The position numbers were made by a program, and so were the translations under genes. Below, piece by piece: positions 46,956-56,515 of a stretch of 64,000 nt of DNA. The stretch covers positions 165,139 to 229,138 of the forward strand of contig JACQUX010000038.1 of assembly GCA_016210045.1 (NCBI GenBank), read 5' to 3'. This stretch comes from Deltaproteobacteria bacterium. Its GTDB lineage: Bacteria > UBA10199 > GCA-002796325 > JACPFF01. The notes beneath the pieces were generated by a model. The model had not been told where the DNA came from and did not search any database. It worked only from the letters and a program-made list of their open reading frames with translations. Every line of letters starts with the position of its first letter. Within the stretch, counting starts at the first letter, position 1.

Positions 46956-49148
46956 CTAAAACTCCGTCACTTCCACCGGTGTAGTTTGCGGGGGCAGTTG
47001 ATAGCCGGGGTTGATGCCGATGCCGAGTTGTCCCGAGCTTGGATCGCCCCACGCCCAGACAGTGCCGTCGTTCTTGAGCGCCAAACTGTGGCGCATTCCC
47101 GCCGCGACGGCGATCACGCGGTCCAAATTCACGGTCGTGGGGTCGCAAGAGGTCCGGTCGATCGTCGTGCCGTCGCCCAGTTGCCCATTGTCGTTCTCGC
47201 CCCACGCGAAGACGCGGCCGCTCGCATCGATCGCCAAGAAATGGTTGCTATTGGCGCCTAAGCCGGCATCCACGATATTCGACAATGCAGTGACCTGGCG
47301 TGGGCCGGTGTTCCATTCGTTCTCCACGTCGCAATAGCTGCCGCCCCAGACCCAAAGTGTGCCGTCGCGTTTGACGGCCAACGAGACGCCGCTGCCTGCG
47401 GCAATGTCGACGACATCGGAGATCCCGGGGATTTGGGTGGGAGTTGGGACGTAGCGGTCGTCGGGAGACGAATTCGAATCATACGGCGTAATCTCGCCAT
47501 TCACGGACCATCCCCACCCCCACACCGTGCCGTCGCTGCGCAGTGCCAGATTATGAAACGATCCCGCTGCGAGTGTGACGACGTTTGACAGCGAGCCGAT
47601 GAGTACCGGGGTCAAGCGGTCGGTCGTCGTGCCATCCCCCAATTGTCCGGTGCCGTTATCGCCCCAGGCCCAGATCGTGCCGTCGTTGCGCAGCGCAATG
47701 TTGTGACTGTCGCCCGCGCCGACAGTAATGATATTGCTGAGCGACGAAACTTGGATCGGCGTCGGGCTATAGGTCGTGGTCCCGTTGCCGAGTTGCCCCG
47801 AACGATTACTCCCCCACGTCCAGACCGTGCCGTCGCGTGCCCGCGCCACGGCGTGTTGCGGCCCGGCGCTTAGCTGAGTCGCTGCGATGTTCACCACGGC
47901 TGGCGTGAAGACGTTGGTCTGTCCTTCGCCCGTGCCGAGCGTATATTCCACGCCATCATCCACCGCCCACCGGATATAATTGTTGCCCCATCCGTACACG
48001 GTCCCATCGACATCCAACGTGTACGAAGTCACGTTGCCAGCAAAGACGCCGACGAATCCGGTCGACGCGGCAGTGGTCGATGCCAACGTGACGTCATCGT
48101 CCGCCGCACGACCTGGGACGGCGAGCAGCTCTTGGGCGGTGCATCCGCTGGCCGCGCTACCAGCCAGCGTAACGCAGCTTTGCGACGCGCTTTCTCCGTC
48201 GACCGTGTAGGTTGTGTAAAGTTTGCCCGAGGCCGGGGTCCAAGTGGCCGTGAATTCGACATCCGCTTCGGCGCCGAAGTCCGCGTGCGTCCCGAGCACT
48301 GCGGCCTGTACCACGGTGTCGCTGGCCGCGGTCTTGTCGCGGGCGATCGACTGTGACGAGCCCGCCGTTTCGGTCAAGTACGCGTGCGACGTCTCCACGT
48401 CGAACCCGGTGAGATCGGGGAGCGACGTCGACCAATACAGCTCGAGTTGTCGGCTAGTCGTCGCTTGCTGATCCCAGACGCCGCTCAGCACGTAGGTTTC
48501 CACCCCGCGGATCTGCGCGTCTTCGTTGGTGCCGGTGTTGTGCGTCCCGAAGAGGCGGAAACAGCCGGCCCCTTGTCCGGTGTCGTCTTCGGCCGGCAGC
48601 GCGGTGAATTTCCCGACGAAGACGCGGCGATTGTTCACATACAGCCGGACACACATCGGCAGTTCGCCCGCATTGCCCGAACAACTGGCGGAGCAATCGA
48701 CGGTCGAGATCTGTTGATTGGACAGCGCGGGAAACGTGAAGGACGAAAAGTCGAGTCGGTAACTGCTGCCACCTGCCGTCGTGCCGGTGGTCGCGGTCGT
48801 CGCGGTGTTATTTTCGACTTCGATGCCGCTGAGCAACAGCAGCAGCGCGTCTAATCGATCGCTCGCATCGTCGACAAATGAGAGCGCCCGTTCCGGCGCC
48901 CCGCTGCCAGAGAGTGCCTTCGCCGACTTGGCCGCGCTGACACTGCTGCTGCTCGAGCTCACCGTGCCGACGCCGACGCCTAAACTATTAGGGAACGAGA
49001 AGTTGCCGGTGGCGGACGGCAGTTCAATCGGAATCGGCGTGCTGGTTCCTCCGCCGGTCGGGACCCCGGCGCCGCCACAGGCGGCCACGCCGATACACAG
49101 CATCAAGACAGAGATACACCGCCAACACACCTGGGACGGTTTTCGCAT
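46956..49148 (-). CDS. Lipoprotein with C-terminal RCC1/BLIP-II beta-propeller repeats
   Basis: VAAC lipobox and repeated DGTVWxWGxNxxGQLG. Confidence 0.9.
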   Translation of the reverse strand: MRKPSQVCWRCISVLMLCIGVAACGGAGVPTGGGTSTPIPIELPSATGNFSFPNSLGVGVGTVSSSSSSVSAAKSAKALSGSGAPERALSFVDDASDRLDALLLLLSGIEVENNTATTATTGTTAGGSSYRLDFSSFTFPALSNQQISTVDCSASCSGNAGELPMCVRLYVNNRRVFVGKFTALPAEDDTGQGAGCFRLFGTHNTGTNEDAQIRGVETYVLSGVWDQQATTSRQLELYWSTSLPDLTGFDVETSHAYLTETAGSSQSIARDKTAASDTVVQAAVLGTHADFGAEADVEFTATWTPASGKLYTTYTVDGESASQSCVTLAGSAASGCTAQELLAVPGRAADDDVTLASTTAASTGFVGVFAGNVTSYTLDVDGTVYGWGNNYIRWAVDDGVEYTLGTGEGQTNVFTPAVVNIAATQLSAGPQHAVARARDGTVWTWGSNRSGQLGNGTTTYSPTPIQVSSLSNIITVGAGDSHNIALRNDGTIWAWGDNGTGQLGDGTTTDRLTPVLIGSLSNVVTLAAGSFHNLALRSDGTVWGWGWSVNGEITPYDSNSSPDDRYVPTPTQIPGISDVVDIAAGSGVSLAVKRDGTLWVWGGSYCDVENEWNTGPRQVTALSNIVDAGLGANSNHFLAIDASGRVFAWGENDNGQLGDGTTIDRTSCDPTTVNLDRVIAVAAGMRHSLALKNDGTVWAWGDPSSGQLGIGINPGYQLPPQTTPVEVTEF

Positions 49149-49292
49149 ATCGTCATGGAAGAGCAAAGGACATGCCGCAGCCCCTCGATGCCAACGCGTC
49201 AATATCGCAACGCTTTTATCCGGCGTATCCGTCCGCCCGGGTAGGCGTTCACCACAAAATCCTCGAAATGAATGAGAATGCACTCATACGGC

Positions 49293-49372
49293 AGTGACTG
49301 GTGGCTAGTGGCTGGGAAATGGGACTCACTTGCTCCGTTCCCCCGCCACCAGTCACACCTTTCCCAGCCACC
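49293..49372. repeat. Inverted heptamer arrays
   Basis: agtgact ggtggct agtggct ... ccgcca ccagtca ... ccagcca. Confidence 0.7.
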
Positions 49373-49413
49373 GCTTTACACCGCCCCGCAGATCGACTAG
49401 CCCTCGCGGACCT

Positions 49414-50358
49414 ATGCAACCGAGCTTGTGGCAACGCCTGCGCTATGCGCCGTGGTTTGTGCAGTTGGTGGTGATCCGCCGCTGCAATTTGAGCTGCGGG
49501 TATTGCAACGAATTCGACAAGACCTCCGCGCCGGTCCCGTTGGACCTCTTGAAAGCGCGCGTGGATCGGATCAAAGATTTGGGCTCGTTCGGGATCTGTT
49601 TCACCGGCGGCGAACCGACGTTGCACCCCGATCTGCCGGCACTCATTCATTACGCCCGCTATGAACGGCGTTTTCTCCGCACCGGGATGATCTCGAACGG
49701 CACCTATCTGACGCCGAAGTTGATCCAGGCGCTGAACGAGGCCGGACTGCAGGAATTGCAAATCTCGATCGACGGTGTGCAACGCAACGAAACGACCGAA
49801 AAGGTGTTGAACAATTTGCGCAAACGCTTGGAGGCGCTCCGCGAACACGCCACGTTTAATGTTACGGTCTCCGGGGTCGTCGGCGCGTGTCCGCCGGAGG
49901 AGAGTTTCGAAGTCATCGCGTATGCGAAACAGATGGGTTTTCGTCCGCGCGTGTTACTGGTGCACGGCGCTGACGGACAGATTCGGCTGACGGCAGAGCA
50001 GTTGCAAGCGTATCACGAAATCCAAAAGAGTATCGGCCGGCATCTGTTCGAACCGTCGGCGTATCGGCATCGCTTGATCACCACGGGCCGCGCGCCGTTC
50101 AAGTGCCGCGCCGGAAGCCGCTATTTGTACGTCAACGAATTCGGGATGGTGCATTGGTGTTCGCAGACCAAGCAATATTTCGGCAAGCCGTTGGCCGAGT
50201 ATACGTTCGACGATTTGAAGCAACAATTCCACACCCCGAAATCCTGCGCCGATCGCTGCACGCTCGGCTGCGTCCGCTCCGCCAGCGCGTTCGATGAATG
50301 GCGCGGCCAAACGGCACTCGCTACGCAAGCGCCCGCCGCGGCCTCCAACTCCCGCTAG
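49414..50358 (+). CDS. Radical SAM protein with Cys-containing (twitch/SPASM-like) C-terminus
   Basis: CNLSCGYC, TGGEP, ISIDG and CRAG..WC..CADRCTLGC. Confidence 0.9.
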   Translation: MQPSLWQRLRYAPWFVQLVVIRRCNLSCGYCNEFDKTSAPVPLDLLKARVDRIKDLGSFGICFTGGEPTLHPDLPALIHYARYERRFLRTGMISNGTYLTPKLIQALNEAGLQELQISIDGVQRNETTEKVLNNLRKRLEALREHATFNVTVSGVVGACPPEESFEVIAYAKQMGFRPRVLLVHGADGQIRLTAEQLQAYHEIQKSIGRHLFEPSAYRHRLITTGRAPFKCRAGSRYLYVNEFGMVHWCSQTKQYFGKPLAEYTFDDLKQQFHTPKSCADRCTLGCVRSASAFDEWRGQTALATQAPAAASNSR

Positions 50359-50439
50359 AATACATCCGAGTGGGGACAGGTACCTTCAAACGCTGTATTG
50401 ACAATGGTTTGAAGGTACCTGTCCCCACTCGGATGTATT
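50359..50439. repeat. REPIN-like palindrome, GGGGACAGGTACC family copy 3
   Basis: Perfect 33-bp arms between convergent genes. Confidence 0.85.
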
Positions 50440-50450
50440 TGATTGCGATG

Positions 50451-51137
50451 CTACGCTGCACCGCCGGCATGGTGCGCGCGGCGGCGTTCGCGCCATGCGG
50501 TGATCACGGCCGGGAGCAGTGAGAGGCCGATGATGGCGAAGATCACCAGGCTGAAATGTTCTCGGACCGTCGGTAAATTGCCGAAGCCGAAGCCGGCGCC
50601 GACGAAGCCGCCGACCCACAACGCGGTGCCGACGACGCTGAAGGTCAGGAAGCGCGGATAGTGCATCCGGCCGATCCCGGCGACAAACGGCGCGAAGGTG
50701 CGCACGATTGGCGCGAAGCGGGCGATGATCACCGTCTTGCCGCCGTGCCGCGCGTAAAAGGCGTGCGTTTGATCGAGATGGCGCCGATTCAGGAAGCGAT
50801 GTCGTGCATCGTGAAAGAGGCGCGGGCCCACTACGCGGCCGATCCAATAATTCGTCGAGTCGCCGGCCACCGCCGCGCCCGCCAATACTGCCAGCACGGA
50901 TGCGCAGTCCAACGCACCGGTCCCCGCCAATGCCCCCGCCGCAAAGAGGAGCGAGTCGCCGGGGAGGAACGGCGTGACGACCAGGCCGGTCTCGCAGAAG
51001 ACGATCAGGAAGAGGAACGCATAAATCCACGGGCCGTACATCGCCGCGAGCGCCACCAAGTGGCGATCGATATGCAGGACGAAGTCGATCACGAGGGGGA
51101 TGCCTTGCCAGAGCCAGTCGAGCATGAGGCGGCTCAT
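50451..51137 (-). CDS. dedA: DedA family membrane protein
   Basis: ETGLVVTPFLPGDSLLF and ARFAPIVRTFAPFVAG; start uncertain. Confidence 0.93.
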   Translation of the reverse strand: MSRLMLDWLWQGIPLVIDFVLHIDRHLVALAAMYGPWIYAFLFLIVFCETGLVVTPFLPGDSLLFAAGALAGTGALDCASVLAVLAGAAVAGDSTNYWIGRVVGPRLFHDARHRFLNRRHLDQTHAFYARHGGKTVIIARFAPIVRTFAPFVAGIGRMHYPRFLTFSVVGTALWVGGFVGAGFGFGNLPTVREHFSLVIFAIIGLSLLPAVITAWRERRRAHHAGGAA

Positions 51138-51223
51138 AGCGGATGCAGAGATTTGAGACAAGGTTTTGACAGCGCCGCAAATTGCGCTATGGGAGACAGC
51201 TCAACAGGACAACAGGGGGAACT

Positions 51224-52603
51224 ATGCGACGACGAATCAGCTTCGTACTGATTGGACTGCTCAGTGCTGCGGCCTATGCCGCCGGATGTGGAGGGAGTGG
51301 CACGACAACGACGACCGAAAGTGGGCTGGGAGACGCGACGAATATTACCGGCACCGTCTACGCCCCGAGCGGGTTGACCGGCGTTGCCGGTGCCTCGGTC
51401 TATGTCCCGGGCGGCGTTACGAGCAACGTCACGGCCTCGAAGGCCGTGACCGATCCGGCCGATGACGGGACGACGTGCGACGACCCGCCCGAAACAGCCT
51501 GTGCCAGCACGTGTACCCAGGCCAACGGGACGTTTGCGTTAGACGTCAGCGCATGCGCCGACTCTGCCACGTCGATCAAATTCGCGAAGGGATCGTTTAC
51601 CAAGACCACGACATTGGATTGCGGGACCGACACGACCTGCACCTTAGTCGCGACCGATACCACGTTCGCCGCGACGGTCGTGAGCATGGCCGTGGTCTCG
51701 GGCGCATACGACAACATGGAAGACGTCTTGGCAAAATTGGGCTTCGGCACGTTGGACGCAACCGGACATCTCACGATCGGCACGGAACAGTTCGCGATCT
51801 ATCGCGGCGGCGGCAGTATCGACAGCCAGCTGACCGACACGGATCGCTATAAGGCCTCCACGACACTCTTTTCCGATATCGACGAGTTGAAAAAATACAG
51901 CATCATCTTCATTAATTGTGGGGCCGACGAATCCTTAGTGACGACCGACGAAAATGCGTTGCCGAGTTTCAATTTCAAGTCCCATCAGAAAACGGCTCAT
52001 GTCCATAAGTCGCTGCCGGCGGCGGTCGTCAGTAATCTCCAAACGTATGTGCAAGACGGCGGACGATTGTATGTCACCGATTTGGCCTATGACTTCATCG
52101 AACAATCGTTCCCCGCCGTCATGGACTTTGAAGGCGACGGGACCGATGCGAGCACGGCGGAAAATTACGGCGAGGCGCAACTCGGCACGTCGGGCATCGT
52201 GTCGGACGCGACCGTCAACGACGCGACGATGCAGTCATGGCTCAGTTCGCAAACGAGCAACACGATCGCCAGCACCGGGGCACCGAGCAGTAGCGAGTGC
52301 ACGACGACGGAAAACGGCAGCACGACCGCGTTGAATGCCAATAATACGATCCGGATCGGCGACTTCCTCTCCGGCTGGGCGGTGATGAACAGCGTCCATA
52401 ACGGACAGGACACCAAGATCTGGCTGACCGGCCCCGTCAGTTTCAGCGGCGGTTCCGGCGATCGTCCGCTGACGATCACGAAGACGGTCGGCAGCGGCAA
52501 GGTCCTCTATTCGTCGTACCACACCGCCCACTCCTGCCCCACGACCGGCGCGTGGCCGCAGGAACGTGTGCTGCAATATTTAGTCTTCGACGTAGCGGAT
52601 TAG
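51224..52603 (+). CDS. Thr/Ser-rich lipoprotein, hypothetical (C-terminal glutamine amidotransferase-like fold possible)
   Basis: AAGC lipobox, [19 protein letters not shown] and GKVLYSSYH. Confidence 0.75.
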   Translation: MRRRISFVLIGLLSAAAYAAGCGGSGTTTTTESGLGDATNITGTVYAPSGLTGVAGASVYVPGGVTSNVTASKAVTDPADDGTTCDDPPETACASTCTQANGTFALDVSACADSATSIKFAKGSFTKTTTLDCGTDTTCTLVATDTTFAATVVSMAVVSGAYDNMEDVLAKLGFGTLDATGHLTIGTEQFAIYRGGGSIDSQLTDTDRYKASTTLFSDIDELKKYSIIFINCGADESLVTTDENALPSFNFKSHQKTAHVHKSLPAAVVSNLQTYVQDGGRLYVTDLAYDFIEQSFPAVMDFEGDGTDASTAENYGEAQLGTSGIVSDATVNDATMQSWLSSQTSNTIASTGAPSSSECTTTENGSTTALNANNTIRIGDFLSGWAVMNSVHNGQDTKIWLTGPVSFSGGSGDRPLTITKTVGSGKVLYSSYHTAHSCPTTGAWPQERVLQYLVFDVAD

Positions 52604-52614
52604 CGAGGGCGTCT

Positions 52615-53655
52615 ATGGCGCGCGCGTTGATTACCGGGATTACTGGGCAAGACGGGTCCTATTTAGCGGAGTTCTTGCTGGCGCAAGGCTACGAAGTTCA
52701 TGGCCTGATCCGGCGGGCCAGCACGTTCAACACCAAGCGGATCGATCACCTTTATACCGATCCGCATACGTCGACCGCAGCGCTGCAGCTTCACTACGCT
52801 GACTTGGCCGACGGCGGCCAGCTGACCCATTTAGTCTACCAAATCGCCCCGGACGAAGTGTATCACTTGGGCGCACAGAGCCACGTGCGGGTCAGTTTCG
52901 ATCTGCCGGAGTACACCGTCGACATCACGGGGCTCGGGACCGTGCGCCTGCTGGAAGCGATTCGGCGCAGCGGCATCACAACGCGATTTTATCAAGCGTC
53001 GTCTTCGGAAATGTTCGGCGATGCGCCCACGCCCCAATCGGAGCAAACGCCGCTGCGTCCGCGCAGTCCGTATGCGATCGCGAAAGTGGCGGCGTATTGG
53101 TCGGTCGTCAATTATCGCGAGGCGTATGGGCTCTTCGCCTGTAACGGCATCTTGTTTAATCACGAATCGCCGCGGCGTGGCGAGACGTTCGTCACCCGCA
53201 AGATCACGCGCGCGGTGGTCGCGATCAAGGCAGGACGCCAGGAGAAGCTCTACTTAGGCAATCTGCAGGCCTGCCGCGATTGGGGCTTTGCGCCGGAGTA
53301 TGTGGCGTGCCAATGGCGGATGTTACAACACGACACGCCGGACGATTACGTGATCGGGACCGGAGAGACGCATCGTGTGCAGGAATTCGTGGAAGCGGCG
53401 TTTGCGTATGCCGGACTCGATTGGCGGGTGCATGTGGCGGAAGATCCACGTTACTTGCGCCCCACCGAAGTGGAGTGTCTGCAAGCGGATGCGAGTAAGG
53501 CGCGGCGGATCTTGGCATGGGAGCCGCGGGTGCGATTTCACGATCTGGTCGCGATCATGGTCGACGCGGATCTGCGGGACGCCGGGCTTCCGGCACCGGG
53601 GCGGGGGGCCGCGGCGCTGGAGCGGGCGGGATTGACGTGGTTGCAACGGTGGTAA
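52615..53655 (+). CDS. gmd: GDP-mannose 4,6-dehydratase
   Basis: [43 protein letters not shown] and RDWG. Confidence 0.98.
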   Translation: MARALITGITGQDGSYLAEFLLAQGYEVHGLIRRASTFNTKRIDHLYTDPHTSTAALQLHYADLADGGQLTHLVYQIAPDEVYHLGAQSHVRVSFDLPEYTVDITGLGTVRLLEAIRRSGITTRFYQASSSEMFGDAPTPQSEQTPLRPRSPYAIAKVAAYWSVVNYREAYGLFACNGILFNHESPRRGETFVTRKITRAVVAIKAGRQEKLYLGNLQACRDWGFAPEYVACQWRMLQHDTPDDYVIGTGETHRVQEFVEAAFAYAGLDWRVHVAEDPRYLRPTEVECLQADASKARRILAWEPRVRFHDLVAIMVDADLRDAGLPAPGRGAAALERAGLTWLQRW

Positions 53656-53659
53656 GTCG

Positions 53660-54619
53660 ATGACGACGCGCGCGAAAACAATCTATGTCGCGGGGCACAC
53701 GGGTTTAGTGGGGCATGCGTTGTGCCCGCAAATACAAGCGGCCGGATGTGCGCGGCTCGTGGTGCGGACGCATCAGGAATTGGAATTGACCGATCAAGCG
53801 GCCGTCGACGCGTTCTTCGCGGCGGAACGGCCCGACAGCGTCGTGTTGTTGGCGGGGCGCGTGGGCGGCATTCTCGCGAACAACACGTATCCGGGCGATT
53901 TCATCGAGCAGAATCTCTTGATCCAGACCAACGTGCTGCGCGCGGCATTGCGGGCGCATGTGCGGCGACTGCTCTTTTTCGGCAGCGTCTGTATTTATCC
54001 GCGCGAGGCGGCGGTGCCGGTGCGGGAAGCGGCGTTGCTGACCGGGCCATTGGAAGCGACCAACGATGCCTATGCCGTGGCCAAGATCGCCGGCATTCTG
54101 CAATGCCACGCGTACAATCGCCAACACGGGACGCAGTATCTCGGGCTGATGCCCGCGAATTTATATGGTCCGCACGACAATTTTCATCCGCACGACGCGC
54201 ACGTCATTCCGGCACTGCTGCGTCGCTTTCACGAGGCCGCGCAGCGCGGCGATGCGAGCGTAACGCTGTGCGGAACCGGCGCGCCGCGACGGGAGTTCCT
54301 CTTCGCCGACGACTTGGCCCGCGCGGCCGTGCAGCTGTTGCAATTAGACGATGCCGCGTGGGGCGCGTTGTTGGCGGAATCCCGCTATCCGATCGTGAAT
54401 GCCGGGAGCGGCGAAGAGGTGACGATCCGGGACTTGGCCGAACAGATTCGTGCGCTCACCGGATTTCGTGGCGAGATCGTCTGGGACACGACCAAACCCG
54501 ACGGCACGCCGAGCCGCATGATGGACAGCACGCGGATGCGCCGCCTGGGTTGGCAACCGCTGGTCCCGTTGTCCGCAGGCTTGGCGCAGGCCTATCGGTG
54601 GTTTGCGGGCCGCAAGTAG
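53660..54619 (+). CDS. fcl: GDP-L-fucose synthase
   Basis: AGHTGLVG, VGGILAN, SVCIYP, YAVAK, HVIPAL, RREFL and KPDGTP. Confidence 0.96.
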   Translation: MTTRAKTIYVAGHTGLVGHALCPQIQAAGCARLVVRTHQELELTDQAAVDAFFAAERPDSVVLLAGRVGGILANNTYPGDFIEQNLLIQTNVLRAALRAHVRRLLFFGSVCIYPREAAVPVREAALLTGPLEATNDAYAVAKIAGILQCHAYNRQHGTQYLGLMPANLYGPHDNFHPHDAHVIPALLRRFHEAAQRGDASVTLCGTGAPRREFLFADDLARAAVQLLQLDDAAWGALLAESRYPIVNAGSGEEVTIRDLAEQIRALTGFRGEIVWDTTKPDGTPSRMMDSTRMRRLGWQPLVPLSAGLAQAYRWFAGRK

Positions 54620-54646
54620 AGCATTTTCCATAAGAGGGACGGGCTG

Positions 54647-56515
54647 TCATCCCGGGAACCCGCTACACCACGCCCGCCACATGCCGCGATATGCCGCTTC
54701 CAAGTCGCGTGTGAAGGCCGCGGCGTCGCAGAGCGAAGATGCTCGCATCCGGTCACGCAATTGCGCACGCCAGGTTGCGAGCTGGTCCGGATCGTTGGCG
54801 AGCCGCACGGCCGTTGTGACATATCCGGCACGATCATTCGCGATGCATTCAGATAAACCGACGCGCGTAAGCAGACTCGCGCTGACACGTGCGGCATGCC
54901 GATCGCCCCAGGACGCGATGACGGGCACGCCCATCCAGAGTGCCTCGCACGTGGTCGTCGTGCCGTTGTACGGAAATGGATCGAGGGCGAGGTCGAGTTC
55001 CCGATAATACGAAAGCTGATCGCGTCGGTCGGTACTCCACCCGACCAGCTCCAGACGCGCAGCCGCGATGCCGTGCGCCGCGAAGCGCTGCGCCACGAAT
55101 GCGCGCGTCGCCGCGTCGCCGAGCGCCTTGCTCTTGAGCAGCAGACGCGCGGTCGGCACGCCGTGCAGGATCGCGGCCCACGTCTGCAATACGTCGTCGT
55201 TGAGCTTGGCCGGATTGTTGAGCGAACCGAACACGACGTGGCCGCGCTGTCGCGCCGGTAGCGGTCCCACAGCCGGCGCATCGGCGGGCGGGAGATAACA
55301 GTTGAAGCCGTGCGGGAGTCGCCACAATCGCTCGCTGTGAACTGGCTCGGCGCCGTCCGGATCGGTGAGCGCGTCGACCAGGCGATAATCGATCGTCGCG
55401 AGGCCGGTCGTGTTCGGATAGCCGAGATACGTGACTTGGAGCGGCGCCGGCTGTTGTGCGAACACGTCGAGTCGTTCGCCTTCGGTGTGGCCGGCCAAGT
55501 CCACTAGGATGTCGATCCGGTCCGCGACGATCTGTGCCGCGATCTCGTTGGTGGCGCGGCGATGAATCATCCGCCAGAAATCACCGTAACTTTGCAGCCG
55601 CGTGGTCGTGGCGTCGGGTTGGGCCACGTTGGCGTAACAAAACAGTTCAAACACGGCACGATCGTGTTGTTGCAGAAACGGCTCGATGAAATAGACGCAC
55701 GCGTGCCGCCGAAAATCGGGCGAGACATATCCGATACGCAGCCGTCGATTCGGGTCGCGATCGTGGTCCGTACCGACGATTGTTCGCACCGGCTGCCGCT
55801 GCCCCCACGCGCGGTGTTGCGCAGCGACGGAGGCAGTGCTCAACGACGGATGGTAATTCAAGTTCAGTAAATGGTTGTGCCATGCCTCACGATAATCCGG
55901 TTTCAATGCGGTCGCCTGTTCCAACGCGGCCAACGCCTCCACAATCCGTCCTTGGGCGGTGAAAATGGCACTCCGATTGTTCCAAACCTCCGCCAGGATC
56001 GCGGGGTCTTGCGCCGCGCGGTCGAAATATTCCAACGCGCGGCTGAAATTTCCCCACTGCGTATGAATCACGCCTAAGTTGAGCGCGGCGGCGCTTGGAT
56101 TGGCGTCGAGCTCTAAGACGCGCTGATAGCAAGCCGCCGCGGCCTCGAGGTCTCCGTGGTGTTCATGCCAACTGCCTAAGTATTGGTGGGCGCACGCGGA
56201 CGGCGGATTGCAGTCGGCTGCGCGGGCAAGGCATGCCCCGGCCTCGTCGCGTTGTCCCGTTTGCAGATAGACGATGCCTAAGTTAAGCCACGCATCGCCG
56301 TGCTGCGGCTCCCGTTCCACGACCTGTTGGAGATGGGTAATCGCCTCGGCCGATGCTCCGTGCTGTGCACACGCGGTGCCCAGCAGAATGCGGACTTCCA
56401 CAGACTCCGGCAGTGCCGCTAAGACCGTGCGATAGCCGTCGATCGCTGCTTTGAGACGACCTTGTTGTTGATCGGCGATGGCGTGATCGAGCAACGTGGC
56501 GAGTTCCGGCGTCAC
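54647..56515 (-). CDS. TPR + GT41 glycosyltransferase, SPINDLY-like
   Basis: N-terminal TPRs, IGYVSPDFRRH, DLAGHT, LGYPNTTG, FGSLNNPAKL and LDPFPYNGTTTTCEALWMGVP. GTG start overlaps the upstream stop. Confidence 0.9.
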   Translation of the reverse strand: MTPELATLLDHAIADQQQGRLKAAIDGYRTVLAALPESVEVRILLGTACAQHGASAEAITHLQQVVEREPQHGDAWLNLGIVYLQTGQRDEAGACLARAADCNPPSACAHQYLGSWHEHHGDLEAAAACYQRVLELDANPSAAALNLGVIHTQWGNFSRALEYFDRAAQDPAILAEVWNNRSAIFTAQGRIVEALAALEQATALKPDYREAWHNHLLNLNYHPSLSTASVAAQHRAWGQRQPVRTIVGTDHDRDPNRRLRIGYVSPDFRRHACVYFIEPFLQQHDRAVFELFCYANVAQPDATTTRLQSYGDFWRMIHRRATNEIAAQIVADRIDILVDLAGHTEGERLDVFAQQPAPLQVTYLGYPNTTGLATIDYRLVDALTDPDGAEPVHSERLWRLPHGFNCYLPPADAPAVGPLPARQRGHVVFGSLNNPAKLNDDVLQTWAAILHGVPTARLLLKSKALGDAATRAFVAQRFAAHGIAAARLELVGWSTDRRDQLSYYRELDLALDPFPYNGTTTTCEALWMGVPVIASWGDRHAARVSASLLTRVGLSECIANDRAGYVTTAVRLANDPDQLATWRAQLRDRMRASSLCDAAAFTRDLEAAYRGMWRAWCSGFPG

